This document shows positions 62,680 through 64,000 of a stretch of 64,000 nt of DNA, in pieces. Made by a program: the position numbers and the translations under genes. Position 1 is the stretch's first letter; the number at the start of each line of letters is the position of its first letter. The notes beneath the pieces are model-generated. The model ran no database searches and was not told the DNA's origin. It worked only from the letters and a program-made list of their open reading frames with translations. This stretch comes from Felis catus (lineage: Eukaryota), in NCBI RefSeq assembly GCF_018350175.1, contig NC_058369.1:2234001-2298000 (forward strand). Direction: 5' to 3'.

Positions 62680-62697
62680 TTCCCGGCCAACGCACCA
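62680..62697 (-). other. Primer-binding site, tRNA-Gly
   Basis: TGGTGCGTTGGCCGGGAA lies 2 nt after the 5' LTR and is complementary to the 3' end of tRNA-Gly(UCC), ...TTCCCGGCCAACGCACCA. Confidence 0.9.
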
Positions 62698-62699
62698 AA

Positions 62700-63250
62700 T
62701 GTTAGGAGCCAAGCTCCTAGGCCCTATGGAATGAGAGTTGGCGCAAAGAACCACACGGCACTCCGACGTCGGCAGAGAGTCTTTACTGGTGCACCAGGGC
62801 TCCCCAGTGTTGGAAAGCGGGAGAGCCCCGATAAACGGGGTCACAGGTCTTTTATGCTATTTTGAGTCTTATTTGCATACAGGCTGGTGGTAGGCTCTCT
62901 GCTCGGTGATGGTTAGGGTTGTGGGTAGTTTCGTCCCGGGGAAGCTTGGGAAATGAAGTTTCTTTTGGCTGATGCAACTTGGAGCCCGGGCTGCGAAGCG
63001 GCTAGGGACCTTTCGGTTAGGGTTGGGCGCGTAAGCAAGATTACTATGGTTGGGCGCGTAAGCAAGATTACAGAAGCGAGAGGAAAGCGGTTATCTATGT
63101 AGCAGCCTGTACAGCTCCCCCGGTGTCCAGATGTCTAACCGCAGAAATCCTGTTTGTTAACTAGTGGGAGTACAGGCTCTGCGAGTGAGGCGTTTACAAA
63201 GTTGAAGGTAGGGTGGGGGTGTTTTAGTAAGCTAGACCAGGGGTCTCTCA
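62700..63250 (-). repeat. 5' LTR (551 bp)
   Basis: Minus strand TGAGAGACCCC...GGCTCCTAACA; no differences seen from 56007-56557 on manual comparison. Confidence 0.97.
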
Positions 63251-63299
63251 CCATAAGCAGAGCATTTCAAGGCGGCACTATTAAACACGTGGGGCGAGC

Positions 63300-63430
63300 A
63301 GCATCACCGGCCTCCACCCACCCAATGCCATTAACAACCCCCTGTAGCCCAGTTGTGACGACCACAGTATCTCCCCACATTGTCAAGTGTCTCCTGGGGA
63401 TAAACTAGTTCTTAAGGGTGGAAATCACTA
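63300..63430. mobile_element. MER20-like hAT DNA transposon relic (a similar relic lies at ~55385-55490)
   Basis: CCTCCACCCAC..AATGCCA...CCCAGTTGTGACGACC...TCTCCCCACATTGTCAAGTGTCTCCTGGGG. Confidence 0.55.
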
Positions 63431-63589
63431 GTCTCATGTGACCCTGTATTCGATCCTGGAGTGTTTTTGCCCAAGTCCACGGTCATAACCACTTGTCATT
63501 CTGCCACCTGCACGTCAGTGGTCTAAGCCTTTAATATTGAGAACGAGGACCAAGACGATGAGCGCGCGTTAACAATCCACACTTTACAT

Positions 63590-63730
63590 AACAGTCATTA
63601 CTTCCCCAAAATGCAGGTCCGGTTATGTCCTCTCATTTTACAGATGTGGAAACTGAGGCTCTGAAAGGCTCCGCCAATTGTGTAATATCCCCAGAGAACT
63701 GATTAAGGCTATGGGGCCAGGATTGCAGCC
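63590..63730. mobile_element. MIR relic
   Basis: MIR core CATTTTACAGATGTGGAAACTGAGGCTC. Confidence 0.7.
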
Positions 63731-64000
63731 CAAGGCCGGCGCCCTGCTGGGCAGAAAGTCTCGGTGCACTGGACGTGACAGATACTAAAAATCAGCTCAG
63801 GAAGTAAGCACTTGCCCTGACATTCATCAGGCCCGGAGGACAGGGGCAGTAAAGCCAGCAGCAAAACTAACAGGAAGCATTTCCTCCCTGCAGCGTCAAG
63901 TGTCAAAACAAACCCCTTTTGAGCCATTCCCATTTTCTAACTCGCTGCAAGCTCTGTCCATTCGGTGAAGAAGAAAACATTCCTGTCTTGCCTGGAACAT

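Larger units (their letters stand above)
56007..63250 (-). mobile_element. Defective endogenous gammaretrovirus of the feline ERV-DC / RD-114-related group, 7244 bp
   Basis: Layout LTR-PBS-gag-pro-pol-(deleted env)-PPT-LTR. 4-bp TSD CCAT at 56003-56006 and 63251-63254. Gag/Pol resemble RD-114/BaEV, while the env leader and TM are MLV/FeLV-like; this combination defines ERV-DC. Confidence 0.93.

Noticed and set aside
56007..63250. Calling the provirus endogenous FeLV or RD-114 itself
   Set aside because: Gly PBS and BaEV/RD-114-like gag-pol argue against enFeLV (Pro PBS). The MLV/FeLV-type TM ([19 protein letters not shown]) argues against RD-114, whose env is betaretrovirus-derived.

Overview
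Mammalian genomic DNA, almost certainly a cat (Felis). Evidence: about 50 feline-type CanSINEs, carnivore L1s and an ERV-DC/RD-114-like gammaretrovirus. There is one host gene, a 4-exon KRAB-C2H2 zinc-finger gene on the minus strand (ZNF77-like, 668 aa, 15 intact fingers) with a CpG-island promoter near 37 kb. The most notable object is a 7,244-bp minus-strand provirus (56007-63250). Its two 551-bp LTRs look identical and it has a perfect CCAT target-site duplication, yet it carries three microhomology-bounded deletions, two homopolymer frameshifts, a substituted integrase catalytic Glu and several G-to-A-type changes. This fits a genome that was already defective when it integrated and was mobilised in trans. 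The rest is a 5'-intact decayed L1, three decayed copies of an older ERV1-like internal region, LTRs with variable-number CCAAT arrays, MaLR/MER/MIR relics and microsatellites. I found no convincing wholly new system. Family names come from recall of known sequences, not from database searches.
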